NCBI GenBank assembly: GCA_050742015.1
Contig: JBOGEV010000039.1
Span: 660 to 64,659 of the forward strand
Origin: Acidimicrobiia bacterium
GTDB lineage: Bacteria; Actinomycetota; Acidimicrobiia; Spongiisociales; ZC4RG35
Length of the DNA stretch: 64,000 bases
Reading direction: 5' to 3'
In this document: positions 9,409 through 18,821 of the stretch, piece after piece
Layout: every line of letters starts with the position of its first letter
Numbering within the stretch: position 1 is the first letter of the stretch
The notes under the pieces: generated by a model
Told to the model about the DNA's origin: nothing
Seen by the model: the letters and a program-made list of their open reading frames with translations, nothing else
Database searches by the model: none
Made by a program: the position numbers and the translations under genes

Positions 9409-10590
9409 ATGAGCGCCGCCACCCGCATCGCGGGGAAGGACCTGAAGCTTCGGCTTCGCGACCGCTCGGCGTTCATCCTCGGTGTGGTCACGCCACTGGC
9501 GCTGTCTTACATCTTCTATCTCGTGTTCGGGAACGCATTCGTGTCCGAGAGCCTGGATGTCGAGATCGGGCTGGTGGACCTCGACAACACCGAGATCTCG
9601 CAGTCGCTCGGCGAGGTCCTGGGGGAGATCGAGGATCAGGGCATCATCGGGGTCACCTCCTACGAGGACGCCGGGTCGGCCGAGGCGGCTGTGGAGGAGG
9701 GCGAGATCGGTGCCTTCGTCCTGCTCGGGGCCGGGCTGGGTGAGGCCGCCCTGGCCGGAACCCCGTTCACGATCGAGGTGGTGGGCGACATCGACAGCCC
9801 CACGACCACTCAGATCGCCGACTCCGTGGCATCCGAGTTCGGATCCGGAATCGGGCGGGCGCAGCTCTCGGTGTCGACGGCAATCGGCCTGGGGGAGGGC
9901 CCACCGCCGGCCGAGGTCGTGGACTGGGGCAGTGAGGCAGCGCAGCGACCCGGGGCTTTCACCTTCGTCGATATCTCAGCCGAGACCCGTCAGCTCGACG
10001 CGTCGACCTTCTTCGCCGCCGGGATGGCGGTGTTCTTTCTCTTCTTCACCGTTCAATTCGGCGCCATCGGCCTGCTCGAAGAGGAGCAGAACGGCACTCT
10101 CTCCCGTCTCCTCGCCGCGCCCATAGGCCGGACCAGCGTCGTGGCCGGCAAGGCGATTCTTTCGTTTGCCCTTGGGATCATCTCGATGACGATCCTGATC
10201 GTGGCCACCCATTTCCTCATGGAAGCCAGGTGGGGCCCTCCGCTGGGAGTGGCACTCCTGGTGGTCACCGGGGTCCTGTCGGCGTGCGCCATCATGGGTC
10301 TGATCGCATCGTTCGCCCGGACGCCGGAAGGCGCGGGGAACCTGGGCGCCATCGTGGCGGTCGTGCTGGGAATGCTCGGGGGGACCTTCTTCCCGATCGG
10401 GCAAGGCAACGCGTTCCTCAGCCGTCTCACGCTCCTCACCCCCCACGCCTGGTTCATGCGTGGTCTGTCCGACATTTCCGGCGGAGCCGATTGGACCGCC
10501 GCGCTGCCGGCCGCAGGGGCCCTCCTATTGTTCTCGGTCGTCTTCGGGTCGGTGGCCTGGGTGCTCCTGCAACGGAGGCTGGCCCGATGA
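9409..10590 (+). CDS. ABC-2 type transporter permease with large extracytoplasmic loop
   Basis: N-terminal TM, a roughly 150-aa acidic loop, then 5 C-terminal TMs, which is the ABC-2 topology. Follows the ATPase. Confidence 0.8.
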   Translation: MSAATRIAGKDLKLRLRDRSAFILGVVTPLALSYIFYLVFGNAFVSESLDVEIGLVDLDNTEISQSLGEVLGEIEDQGIIGVTSYEDAGSAEAAVEEGEIGAFVLLGAGLGEAALAGTPFTIEVVGDIDSPTTTQIADSVASEFGSGIGRAQLSVSTAIGLGEGPPPAEVVDWGSEAAQRPGAFTFVDISAETRQLDASTFFAAGMAVFFLFFTVQFGAIGLLEEEQNGTLSRLLAAPIGRTSVVAGKAILSFALGIISMTILIVATHFLMEARWGPPLGVALLVVTGVLSACAIMGLIASFARTPEGAGNLGAIVAVVLGMLGGTFFPIGQGNAFLSRLTLLTPHAWFMRGLSDISGGADWTAALPAAGALLLFSVVFGSVAWVLLQRRLAR

Positions 10591-11750
10591 AGGTCCTTGC
10601 CATCGCCTGGTCCAACGTGCGTCGGATGCTCCGTGAGCGCTCGAACATCTTCTTCGTCTTCATATTTCCCATTGCCCTGATCCTTCTGATCGGAGCCCAA
10701 TTCGGAGGTGACTTCGACCCGGCCGTGGGAATCCACCAGGAGGATCAAGACCCTCTGGCTGCCGCGGTGACCGAGGAGATCCAAGCCAATGAATCGCTTG
10801 CGGTCACCGTCTACGCCTCTGAGGAGGAGTTGACGACCGCGGTCGAGAGTGGATCGGCCCAGGCCGGGGTATTTCTGCCGGCGGGCATGAGCGATCAGGC
10901 TGCGGCCGGCACGCAGATCGAAATCGGATTCGTGGCCCGGCCCGATGGCGCCGGACCCCAGCTCCAATCCGTGGTTGCGGCAGACATTGCCACCGTGATG
11001 ACTCCGGTTGGGGCGGCCCAGTTCGGCGCCGAGAAGACCGGGGCAAGCTTCGACGATGCACTGCAGGTGGCGATGGCACAGTCGGGCTCGGCCCCCGGCC
11101 TCGACGTCGAGACCAGGGATGTGGGGGAGTCCCTCTTCCCGTCCACGCTGGGAAGGTTCGACCTGGGAGCACCACAGCAATTGGTGCTGTTCACCTTCCT
11201 GACGGCCCTGGCCGGTTCGGCGGCACTGATCCTCAGCCGGCGACTGGGCATCTCGAGACGGATGCTGTCCACCCCGACTTCGACCGGGACGATCGTCGTG
11301 GGCGAAGGCACCGGCCGTTGGGCGGTGGCCATGGTTCAAGGTCTCTACATCGTGATCGTCACTCTGATCTTGTTTCGGGTCAACTGGGGGGACCCGTGGG
11401 GCGCCCTGCTCATCCTGGTCACCTTTTCCGCGGTCGGGGCCGGCGCCGGGATGCTGATGGGAGCCACCTTCAACAACGACCAACAGGCTGGTGGCGTGGG
11501 AGTGGTCGTAAGCCTCGGTCTGGCGGCGCTGGGCGGATGCATGCTTCCCATCGAGCTGTTCTCCCCAACCATGACCCAAGTCGCCCACCTCACCCCGCAC
11601 GCCTGGGCATTGGACGGGTTCGCCGAGCTGATTCGCCGAGATGGGGCCGTCGCCGACATCCTCCCCGAACTCGGTGTGCTCACCGCCTACGCCGCTGTTC
11701 TGCTGTTGCTGGCTGCGTGGCGCTTGCGGGTAGTGCTCACCCGTCCTTGA
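10587..11750 (+). CDS. ABC-2 type transporter permease (second subunit)
   Basis: ATG at 10587 in an ATGA overlap with the upstream permease stop. Same topology as its neighbour (MKVLAIAWSNVRRMLRERSNIFFVF...). Confidence 0.8.
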   Translation: MKVLAIAWSNVRRMLRERSNIFFVFIFPIALILLIGAQFGGDFDPAVGIHQEDQDPLAAAVTEEIQANESLAVTVYASEEELTTAVESGSAQAGVFLPAGMSDQAAAGTQIEIGFVARPDGAGPQLQSVVAADIATVMTPVGAAQFGAEKTGASFDDALQVAMAQSGSAPGLDVETRDVGESLFPSTLGRFDLGAPQQLVLFTFLTALAGSAALILSRRLGISRRMLSTPTSTGTIVVGEGTGRWAVAMVQGLYIVIVTLILFRVNWGDPWGALLILVTFSAVGAGAGMLMGATFNNDQQAGGVGVVVSLGLAALGGCMLPIELFSPTMTQVAHLTPHAWALDGFAELIRRDGAVADILPELGVLTAYAAVLLLLAAWRLRVVLTRP

Positions 11751-11764
11751 TGTTTGAATGACGG

Positions 11765-12370
11765 GTGATGACCAACGAAAATGTGAACCTCCTCGGTCTC
11801 TTGGGCCGGCTCCTGACCGTCGTCGGTGCCGCCTGGTTCGCTGCCGTGTTCTTGGGGCGCATCGGCCTCCTCTCCGAGCTAGGGCTGGGGAATGACTTCC
11901 TCGCCGGGCTGGGAGGCGGGATCTTCCCTGCGCTGCTCCTCCTCGTAGCCGGCCGGGCCCTTCGTCGCCGGGCCAAGGCCGCTGAGGATAAGAGCCTGCC
12001 GGTGCCGGTGACCCGCGAGCCCACAGCCTCCGAGAAGCGAGTTCCCACCAGCCGATCCCAGACCTCCACGCCCGTCCTCACCCCGCCCCGGTTGCCGGAT
12101 CCCATCCCGACCCCACCGGTGAGGAGCCCGACACCGAGCCCACCGGTGCCCCGCCAGATCGACCCGCTCCCGTCTCCATCGGCCACATCGATCCCGGAGC
12201 CGGAGAGCCCGGCCTCCGAACCACGAACCTCACCCTCCGTCGCGGCACAGTCCGCCCATTTAAAGACGGCTGCCGGGCAGGCCAAGACATCGAAGGAAGT
12301 GCCGGTCAAGACCTCGAAGCAGATGTTGGAGGAAGCTCACAAGAAGTGGGGTCGGGGCCGTTCCCGATAG
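11765..12370 (+). CDS. membrane-anchored protein with Pro/Ser/Thr-rich disordered tail
   Basis: Two N-terminal TM segments followed by low-complexity PxP repeats (PPRLPDPIPTPPVRSPTPSPPVP). No family recognised. Confidence 0.5.
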   Translation: MMTNENVNLLGLLGRLLTVVGAAWFAAVFLGRIGLLSELGLGNDFLAGLGGGIFPALLLLVAGRALRRRAKAAEDKSLPVPVTREPTASEKRVPTSRSQTSTPVLTPPRLPDPIPTPPVRSPTPSPPVPRQIDPLPSPSATSIPEPESPASEPRTSPSVAAQSAHLKTAAGQAKTSKEVPVKTSKQMLEEAHKKWGRGRSR

Positions 12371-12375
12371 GCGGG

Positions 12376-14700
12376 CTACAGGCCGACCGCGGCGAGGTCA
12401 CGGGCATTGCGCACCTCGGAGGCGAACTCGGCCCTGCGGGCCGCCACCCCGACGGAGTCCTCGATCAGGTCCCGGTTGGAGGCCAGTGACAGCGCCGACT
12501 TGAACAACACCTGGCTTGCGCTCTCCCCCGAGATGAGGCGTTGTTCGATCCGGTACATGCGGGCCCGCGCCAGGCAACCCTTCAGGAACGACTTCTCGTC
12601 GTAACGGCCTCGCAGCGCCTCCAGCTCGTCGCCGACGACCTGATAGGCATCGAGGAAGGGGAGTACCGCCCAATGGGCGAGCGGAGGCCCCAGCTTGGCC
12701 TGGACCTCGCCTGCGCCGGTGGTGACCAGCACATGGTCCCAGCCGGGGACGTCGACCGCGATGTCAGCCTCGACGTTGGCGAGGAACTCATCCTTCTCAG
12801 GGAAGAAGAACTCGAACTTGAGCAGATCCCGGAAGGCGAGCAGCTGTGCGCGAACGAGGTCCGGCTCCTCCTCCCCGGTCCCCGCAGCGGATCCGATGGC
12901 CATCTCGGCCACGGCGCGGTTGACGAAGAAGTGCACGATCATGTTGCGGTAGTAGGAGATCCGGATCATCTGGTCGTCGGTCAGCCAGAAGACCCGTCGC
13001 CCCAAGGCCTCGTGGCTGCTCACATTGTCGTGTTCGGCCAGCCAGTCCAGCACGGACCCGACCCGTGACGGATCGAGCAGGTCCGAGTCCTCCGTGGTGG
13101 ATAGGCCTCGGGCGCGAATGAACTCGACCAGGCGAGTCGTCTCGTCGGTCAACTGTTCGGCCGACGTCACGCTCCCGTGTACCGATAGCAGGGCAACGCT
13201 GACCATCGCAGTGGGTGTGATCGGAGTCACCTGCCCGATCCGGTACATGACTTCGAAGGCAAGCTTCTGCAGATCGACCGAGGTCTCGTCGTTCGCGGCG
13301 GCCGCTCCGAGCATTTCCCGGGCCGAGACCGCCTCACCGAATCTGATGTGAATGTCGCCATAACGGCGGCGGAGGGAGCGGATTGCCCGGAGCATCCAGC
13401 CCAGCGACTCCTTCTCCTTGTCCTTTCCCTGTGCCTCGCGGGCGTAGTCGGGAACATCCTGGATCTGGTCGTATGCGATCGACACCGGGACCAGATGGAG
13501 GTCGTCGGCTTTGCCCCGTCGCATCGAGCCGACCACATAGCTGAGCAGGCCGAGACGGGGCGGCAAGAGCTTCCCCGAGCGGGAACGGCCGCCCTCCATG
13601 TACCACTCCAGGGGGAATCGCTTTTCGACGAGGTAGTCCAGGTAGGCGCGCAACACCGTCCTGTACAGCGGGTTGTCCTTGAAGGAGCGTCGGATGAAGA
13701 ACACCCCGGTGCGACGGATCAGAGGCCCGACCGGGAAGAAGTTGAGGTTGATGCCGCCGGCGGTGTGGTTGGGCGGGAAGTCGTTCTCCCAGAGCATGTA
13801 CTGCAGGCTGAGCCGGTCCAGATTCGACCGATGAGAGGGGAGGAACACGATGGCCCCCTCGCCGAGTGTGGCTAGACGCTTGACGTCCTCGTCGGTGTAC
13901 TTGATGTCGCCGTAACCCTGGCTGTACAGCTTGTGGATGGCGTTGGCGATCAGATCGATCACGTACGGTGAGTGGGTCGCAGCGATCTCCCGGAGGTATC
14001 TCTCGGATTTGTCCCGAGCGACGGTCGGTGCGATGCCGGTTTCCGATGCGACGCCGTCCACCGCGTCGAGGAATTCGCGGCGCGACGAGATGGCCTCGGG
14101 CACGAAACGCGGGACCTTGTATCGGTTGCCGACCAGCTTTCTCTCGGCTCGGTCCAGCACCAGCCACGCCCGCCGCGTCACGTAGTTGGCCAGAGGGTCG
14201 ACCTGCCCCGATACCTGATAATCCTCAGCCAGGGCCGATGCATGCTCACCGGCCGCGGCGACGAGGCGCACCCGGCCCGGCCTGGCCACTCGAATCCATC
14301 GAGCACGCAGCCCGCGCGGGTCGCGGGCGTCACCGGGACGCAGCACATCCCACCAACTGGCAGTCCGGCGACCCTTCTTGAGCGGCGCCAACCAAAGGAC
14401 GCGTAGCGGTATCAGGAAAGGGTCGTCGGCCGCGCCCAACGCCTCGGCCAGCCCCTCTGCATCCCCGCCCTTGCCCCTCCGGGAGGACGTGATCCGGACC
14501 GTCTCCACCGTTCTGGCGCGGCGAACTGACCCTATAGGGTCAGATCGCCGCGCCCAATGCGGTTCGCCGCCCAGCTCCCGGGTGACCCACTTCTCCAGGA
14601 TCGAGGCCTCGTGGTTGGTCGCCGCGTCGAGCAAGTAGACGACCCTCGACTCGGGTGGGCCGGTAAGCAAACGTGGGGGAGCTGCGGGTCGTCTGGCCAC
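12376..14700 (-). CDS. plsB: glycerol-3-phosphate 1-O-acyltransferase, PlsB type
   Basis: All PlsB acyltransferase blocks present: LPSHRSNLD (HX4D), [37 protein letters not shown]. Confidence 0.85.
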   Translation of the reverse strand: MARRPAAPPRLLTGPPESRVVYLLDAATNHEASILEKWVTRELGGEPHWARRSDPIGSVRRARTVETVRITSSRRGKGGDAEGLAEALGAADDPFLIPLRVLWLAPLKKGRRTASWWDVLRPGDARDPRGLRARWIRVARPGRVRLVAAAGEHASALAEDYQVSGQVDPLANYVTRRAWLVLDRAERKLVGNRYKVPRFVPEAISSRREFLDAVDGVASETGIAPTVARDKSERYLREIAATHSPYVIDLIANAIHKLYSQGYGDIKYTDEDVKRLATLGEGAIVFLPSHRSNLDRLSLQYMLWENDFPPNHTAGGINLNFFPVGPLIRRTGVFFIRRSFKDNPLYRTVLRAYLDYLVEKRFPLEWYMEGGRSRSGKLLPPRLGLLSYVVGSMRRGKADDLHLVPVSIAYDQIQDVPDYAREAQGKDKEKESLGWMLRAIRSLRRRYGDIHIRFGEAVSAREMLGAAAANDETSVDLQKLAFEVMYRIGQVTPITPTAMVSVALLSVHGSVTSAEQLTDETTRLVEFIRARGLSTTEDSDLLDPSRVGSVLDWLAEHDNVSSHEALGRRVFWLTDDQMIRISYYRNMIVHFFVNRAVAEMAIGSAAGTGEEEPDLVRAQLLAFRDLLKFEFFFPEKDEFLANVEADIAVDVPGWDHVLVTTGAGEVQAKLGPPLAHWAVLPFLDAYQVVGDELEALRGRYDEKSFLKGCLARARMYRIEQRLISGESASQVLFKSALSLASNRDLIEDSVGVAARRAEFASEVRNARDLAAVGL

Positions 14701-14735
14701 GGCGTCACTCTATTGAGATGCCACAATCGGCCTCC

Positions 14736-15191
14736 GTGCGAATTGTCTTGCAACGGGTCACCAGGTCGGCAGTCAGAGTCGAAGGGAGGGTCGTTGGTTC
14801 GATCGACCAAGGGCTCCTGATCCTGATCGGTGTCGAGCCTACGGATACGAAGGACGATGTCGATCGGGCCGTGGAGAAAGTGTCGGCACTCCGTGTGTTC
14901 TCCGACGCAGACGGGCACATGAACCTGTCGCTCGTCGATGTCGGCGGGTCCGCCCTGGTGGTGAGTCAGTTCACCCTTCTCGGAGACGTGCGCAAGGGTC
15001 GGAGACCCTCGTTCACCCGAGCCGCGCCACCGGAACATGCCGCGCCCATCGTGGAGTCGTTCGTGGATGCGATGCGCGAGGCCGGAATTCACACCGAGAC
15101 CGGTGTCTTCGGCGCTTCTATGGCGGTCGAGCTGGTCAATGACGGCCCGGTGACCATCCTGCTCGAGGTCAGCGAGCAGCGGGTGAGCTGA
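14736..15191 (+). CDS. dtd: D-aminoacyl-tRNA deacylase
   Basis: [17 protein letters not shown]...[11 protein letters not shown]...[11 protein letters not shown] aligns end to end with Dtd. The GTG at 14736 matches the canonical N-terminus. An ATG at 14718 is an alternative start. Confidence 0.85.
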   Translation: MRIVLQRVTRSAVRVEGRVVGSIDQGLLILIGVEPTDTKDDVDRAVEKVSALRVFSDADGHMNLSLVDVGGSALVVSQFTLLGDVRKGRRPSFTRAAPPEHAAPIVESFVDAMREAGIHTETGVFGASMAVELVNDGPVTILLEVSEQRVS

Positions 15192-15768
15192 GCCGACGAC
15201 GGGCATCGCGCCAGTGCTTGGGCCCGATGATGACGGCGATGCTGGCGATGACGACCAGGAGCATGGTCGGCTCGTCCACGCCCCAGGGGTTGGAGATTCC
15301 GAACCGCCCCCAAGCGAGGGCAGCGATGCCCAGTACTCCGATGGTGGCCAGCGTCCCGATCCCGGTGGACCGGGTCAGGGCCGAAGCCAGGGCGAGCACG
15401 ACGACCACGACCGGAAACATTCCCGGCCAGAGGCCGAGCAGCACCCCGCCGCTGATACCCAGGCCCTTGCCGCCATGGAACCCGAGCCAGAGGTTGAACA
15501 CGTTGCCCATGACCGCGGCGATCCCGGCCACGACTGCTCCCGCCTGTTCGGCGACGAGGAGGCCGACGACGACTGCCGACAACCCCTTGGTGATCTCGAT
15601 CAGGAGGATGAGTAGGGCCAGGGTCGTACCACCCAGCCGCCGGGCGTTGTTGGCGCCGGGGTTGCCCGTGCCCTCCCGCCTCAGGTCGACACCCCAAATG
15701 CGCCCGAGCCAGGTCGCGGTGGGAAGCGAGCCGATCAGATAACCGACCACGCCGGCCAGGACTATCAC
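15169..15768 (-). CDS. plsY: acyl-phosphate:glycerol-3-phosphate acyltransferase
   Basis: [15 protein letters not shown]...[15 protein letters not shown]...GGKG motifs. Proposed GTG start at 15768 forms a GTGA overlap with the adnB-like stop. The ORF-track start at 15828 would overlap that gene by 64 nt. Confidence 0.8.
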   Translation of the reverse strand: MIVLAGVVGYLIGSLPTATWLGRIWGVDLRREGTGNPGANNARRLGGTTLALLILLIEITKGLSAVVVGLLVAEQAGAVVAGIAAVMGNVFNLWLGFHGGKGLGISGGVLLGLWPGMFPVVVVVLALASALTRSTGIGTLATIGVLGIAALAWGRFGISNPWGVDEPTMLLVVIASIAVIIGPKHWRDARRRLSSPAAR

Positions 15769-18700
15769 GGCCCGCCCACCTCCTGCTTTCCCGGCTCGCA
15801 GAAACGGAGAAAGTCGCAGTGATGGCACCAGTTTCCGGGGACGGCGTCGAATCGGTCCTCGTCGATGGCCCCGGTGAGCTTTTCGAGATTCTCCCGGGCC
15901 ACCTGGCGCCAGGGCTCATCCGCCCGCTCGGTCTCAACGTCGAGGCCACCGCCGAGATAGGCAAAGGAAACGTCGATCTGGTCCGGTTTATCGATCCCGA
16001 AATCGACCTCGGTGGCAGCCAGGGAATACGCCTGAAGCTGGACCATTCGCGAGGGATCGTTCTTGCGCCGTCCGCTCTTGAAGTCGACGATCTCCCAGCA
16101 GCCGTCCCGGGCGTAGACGGCATCGATGCGGCCCCGCACCTGATAGCCGTTCTTCAGCTCGATGGTGAAAGGGGCTTCGACCAGATCGGCCGCCTCGGTG
16201 CCGTAGCGGGACTCGAGGAAGGCCTTGAACCCACCTCCCTCCACCACCTCGTCGACGGCGTCGTATAGAGAGGGCTCGAGGACCTCGAAGGGAACCTGTC
16301 CGCGCTGATGGAGCTCGATGCGACGATGCAGCTCGGTCCCGGCGATGGCGGCATGGTTGCGGCGACGGGGCAGGGGGTCGATCTCGGACCAGAAGAACCG
16401 CTTGGGGCACTGGGCGTAGGTCACCAGCCCGGTGACCGAAACGGCTCGGGCCCCGTGTGGATCCTCGGGGATGGCATCGACGCTGTCGAGCTCGAACAAC
16501 CTTCCCTTGATCGCCTCGACGCGCTGCTCATACTCATCGGCGATACCGAGAGCCCGGGCCTTCTCGGCGAGGATCGCCACGTCTCTGACCGCTTCCCGCA
16601 GCACCCCGTCCCATCCGGTCTCGAACAGGGGGTCCGGCGTCGCCCCTGCCGGATCGGCTCGGAGCACAGCCGGCCGGGGCGGCTCCTCGGCGTGACCCTC
16701 GTTTCGTGAAAGGGGATGCTGCTCGATCAACTCGAAGAAGGGGGACGGCTTCTTCGCCTTCACCGTGGGCTCGGGAAGCCCGTACCAGTAGGCGCCGGTG
16801 GCGATGAGCATCGACCTGGCCCGTGTTGTTGCGACATATGCGACCCGCCACTCCTGGAGGTCGTTCTGACGGCGGAAGTAGTCCTTGCGCCCGTCCTCGT
16901 CGGCCGGCATGTCGGCGATGGCATCGTCGATCCGGTGCTCCGCGGGGAGATATTCGGCGAACCGGGCCGGGTCGGGGAATATCTGAGCCTTACCCGGGAA
17001 GCTCCCTTCGGTCAGGGCGGGGATGGCCACGACATCCCACTCCAGCCCTTTGGCTCGATGCACCGTGACCAGGGTCACCGCCTCTTCTCCGGATAGGTGT
17101 GCGGAGTCGAGCTCTTCGGCGGGTTGATCCTCCATGGCGCCCAGATAGTCGAGGAATGCGGCGAGCGAAGGCCGGCCCTTGAGCGGGCTCCACTCCTCGG
17201 TCAGGTCGAGAAGTCGATAGAGATTGAGCCGGGCCGTGGTCCTCTGGTTTGGCGGCAGGGCCTCGACGTCCTGCCAGGCACGAGTCCGGTCGAGGATAAG
17301 CCGGCAGACCTCGACCAGGCTCGCCCCCTGGCTCTCGGTGAGGACCTCCCGGTAGATGCCGATGAAGTGCTCGAGTGCCGCTCTGGCCTCCGGTCGCAGG
17401 TCTTCGATCTCTTCGACGTGCTCGATGGCTTCGAGGAGCGTGAGACCAGGGACGTCGTCGGCGTCGGCTTCCTCGGGGGCGGAGCCAGTGAGCCAGCGGG
17501 TGAGCGGTGCGATGTCGGCATAGCCAAGCCGGTAGCGGCTGCCAAAGAGGATTTGGACCAGGGCCGGCGACTGCTCGGGACGGTCGACCACGGTCAGCCA
17601 TGCCCGCAGGTCGGCTACCTCGGGCACGGCGAGCAGTCCGCCGAGGTTGGCCACCTCGACAGGGATGTCATGACGGGCCATCGCGTCGACGACGACGGCG
17701 AAGTCCTTGTTCTTCCTGAAGAGGATTGCCATGTCAGACCACTTGGTTCCTGCCTCGTGCATGGCCTCGAATCGCCGGGCGATCCAGTCGGCCTCGGCGA
17801 GCGCGTCACCGGCCCAATGGGTGACGACCTGCCCCTCTCGATCCGGGTCATGGGAGACGAGTGCCTCTGAATCGGGATTGGCTCGCCGCCGGACCTCGTT
17901 TGCCACCTCGAGGATCACGGGCGCCGACCTCCGGTTGAGAGTGAGGGCGCGTTGGCGGGCTTCGCTGCCGTCGACCCGCCGGAAATGAGATGGAAAGAGC
18001 TCGAAGTTCTCCGCCGAAGCTCCACGCCACTCGTAGATCGTCTGGTCCTCGTCCCCAACAGCGATGACCGGAAACCCGTCTCCGAAGATCGTGGTGAGGA
18101 GCACCCGTTGTGCCGGGTTGGTGTCCTGGTATTCGTCGAGGACAACCGCCTGATAGCGATTCCGGATCTCCTTCGCCAGCTCGGGATACCGGGTCAGCAG
18201 GTCGGTGGACAAGGTGACCAGGTCGGAGTAGTCGACCACCCCGAGTCGCCGCTTGTCCTGCTCGTAGCGACGCAACGTCTCCAGCATCTCGATTCTGGCC
18301 GCCCAGACATCGTCCTTCGGCTCGGCTATGGCAATGAGATCGGCGGCCGTGAGCAGATGGTCTCCCATACGGTCTCCGAGGGTCCGGATCCTGTCCAGGC
18401 CCCGCACGTTGGTGATGTCGAGATGGGTGTACGAGGTGTGTTGATAGGTCTCGGTCAGGATCTGACGGGAGAAGGTCGGGGTGATCACCCGCACCCGGCT
18501 ATCGACCTCGACCAACGCACCGAACTCGGCCAGGACCTGGGCGGCGAAGCCGTGGTAGGTGTGGACCTCCGCCTGACGCCCCTCGTCGACAGCCGTTCCG
18601 AGGAACGACTTGACCCGCTCGGCCAGCTCCGATGCCGCCTTGTTGGTGAAGGTAATCCCGAGGATCTGCTCGGGATCGAGAGCGTGGACCTCGACCAGAT

Positions 18701-18821
18701 TGGCGATGACGAGGGCGACGGTGGTTGTCTTGCCGGTTCCGGCGCCGGCCCGGATGCGGATGCTGTCGAGCCCGAGCTCGAGGATCCCCTGTTGCTCGGG
18801 GGAAGGATTGAGACCGTTCAT
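15765..18821 (-). CDS. adnB: UvrD-like helicase / RecB-like nuclease subunit (AdnB-like)
   Basis: Walker A AGAGTGKTT, UvrD motifs (VLDEYQDTNP). C-terminal PD-(D/E)XK module ending in the Cys cluster CHHCDFLRFC. ATG at 18821 in an ATGA overlap with the upstream subunit. Confidence 0.8.
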   Translation of the reverse strand: MNGLNPSPEQQGILELGLDSIRIRAGAGTGKTTTVALVIANLVEVHALDPEQILGITFTNKAASELAERVKSFLGTAVDEGRQAEVHTYHGFAAQVLAEFGALVEVDSRVRVITPTFSRQILTETYQHTSYTHLDITNVRGLDRIRTLGDRMGDHLLTAADLIAIAEPKDDVWAARIEMLETLRRYEQDKRRLGVVDYSDLVTLSTDLLTRYPELAKEIRNRYQAVVLDEYQDTNPAQRVLLTTIFGDGFPVIAVGDEDQTIYEWRGASAENFELFPSHFRRVDGSEARQRALTLNRRSAPVILEVANEVRRRANPDSEALVSHDPDREGQVVTHWAGDALAEADWIARRFEAMHEAGTKWSDMAILFRKNKDFAVVVDAMARHDIPVEVANLGGLLAVPEVADLRAWLTVVDRPEQSPALVQILFGSRYRLGYADIAPLTRWLTGSAPEEADADDVPGLTLLEAIEHVEEIEDLRPEARAALEHFIGIYREVLTESQGASLVEVCRLILDRTRAWQDVEALPPNQRTTARLNLYRLLDLTEEWSPLKGRPSLAAFLDYLGAMEDQPAEELDSAHLSGEEAVTLVTVHRAKGLEWDVVAIPALTEGSFPGKAQIFPDPARFAEYLPAEHRIDDAIADMPADEDGRKDYFRRQNDLQEWRVAYVATTRARSMLIATGAYWYGLPEPTVKAKKPSPFFELIEQHPLSRNEGHAEEPPRPAVLRADPAGATPDPLFETGWDGVLREAVRDVAILAEKARALGIADEYEQRVEAIKGRLFELDSVDAIPEDPHGARAVSVTGLVTYAQCPKRFFWSEIDPLPRRRNHAAIAGTELHRRIELHQRGQVPFEVLEPSLYDAVDEVVEGGGFKAFLESRYGTEAADLVEAPFTIELKNGYQVRGRIDAVYARDGCWEIVDFKSGRRKNDPSRMVQLQAYSLAATEVDFGIDKPDQIDVSFAYLGGGLDVETERADEPWRQVARENLEKLTGAIDEDRFDAVPGNWCHHCDFLRFCEPGKQEVGGP

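Noticed and set aside
10053-11600. 515-aa ORF antisense to the two ABC-2 permeases
   Set aside because: Antisense artefact. The permease frames show a consistent TM topology and ATGA coupling.
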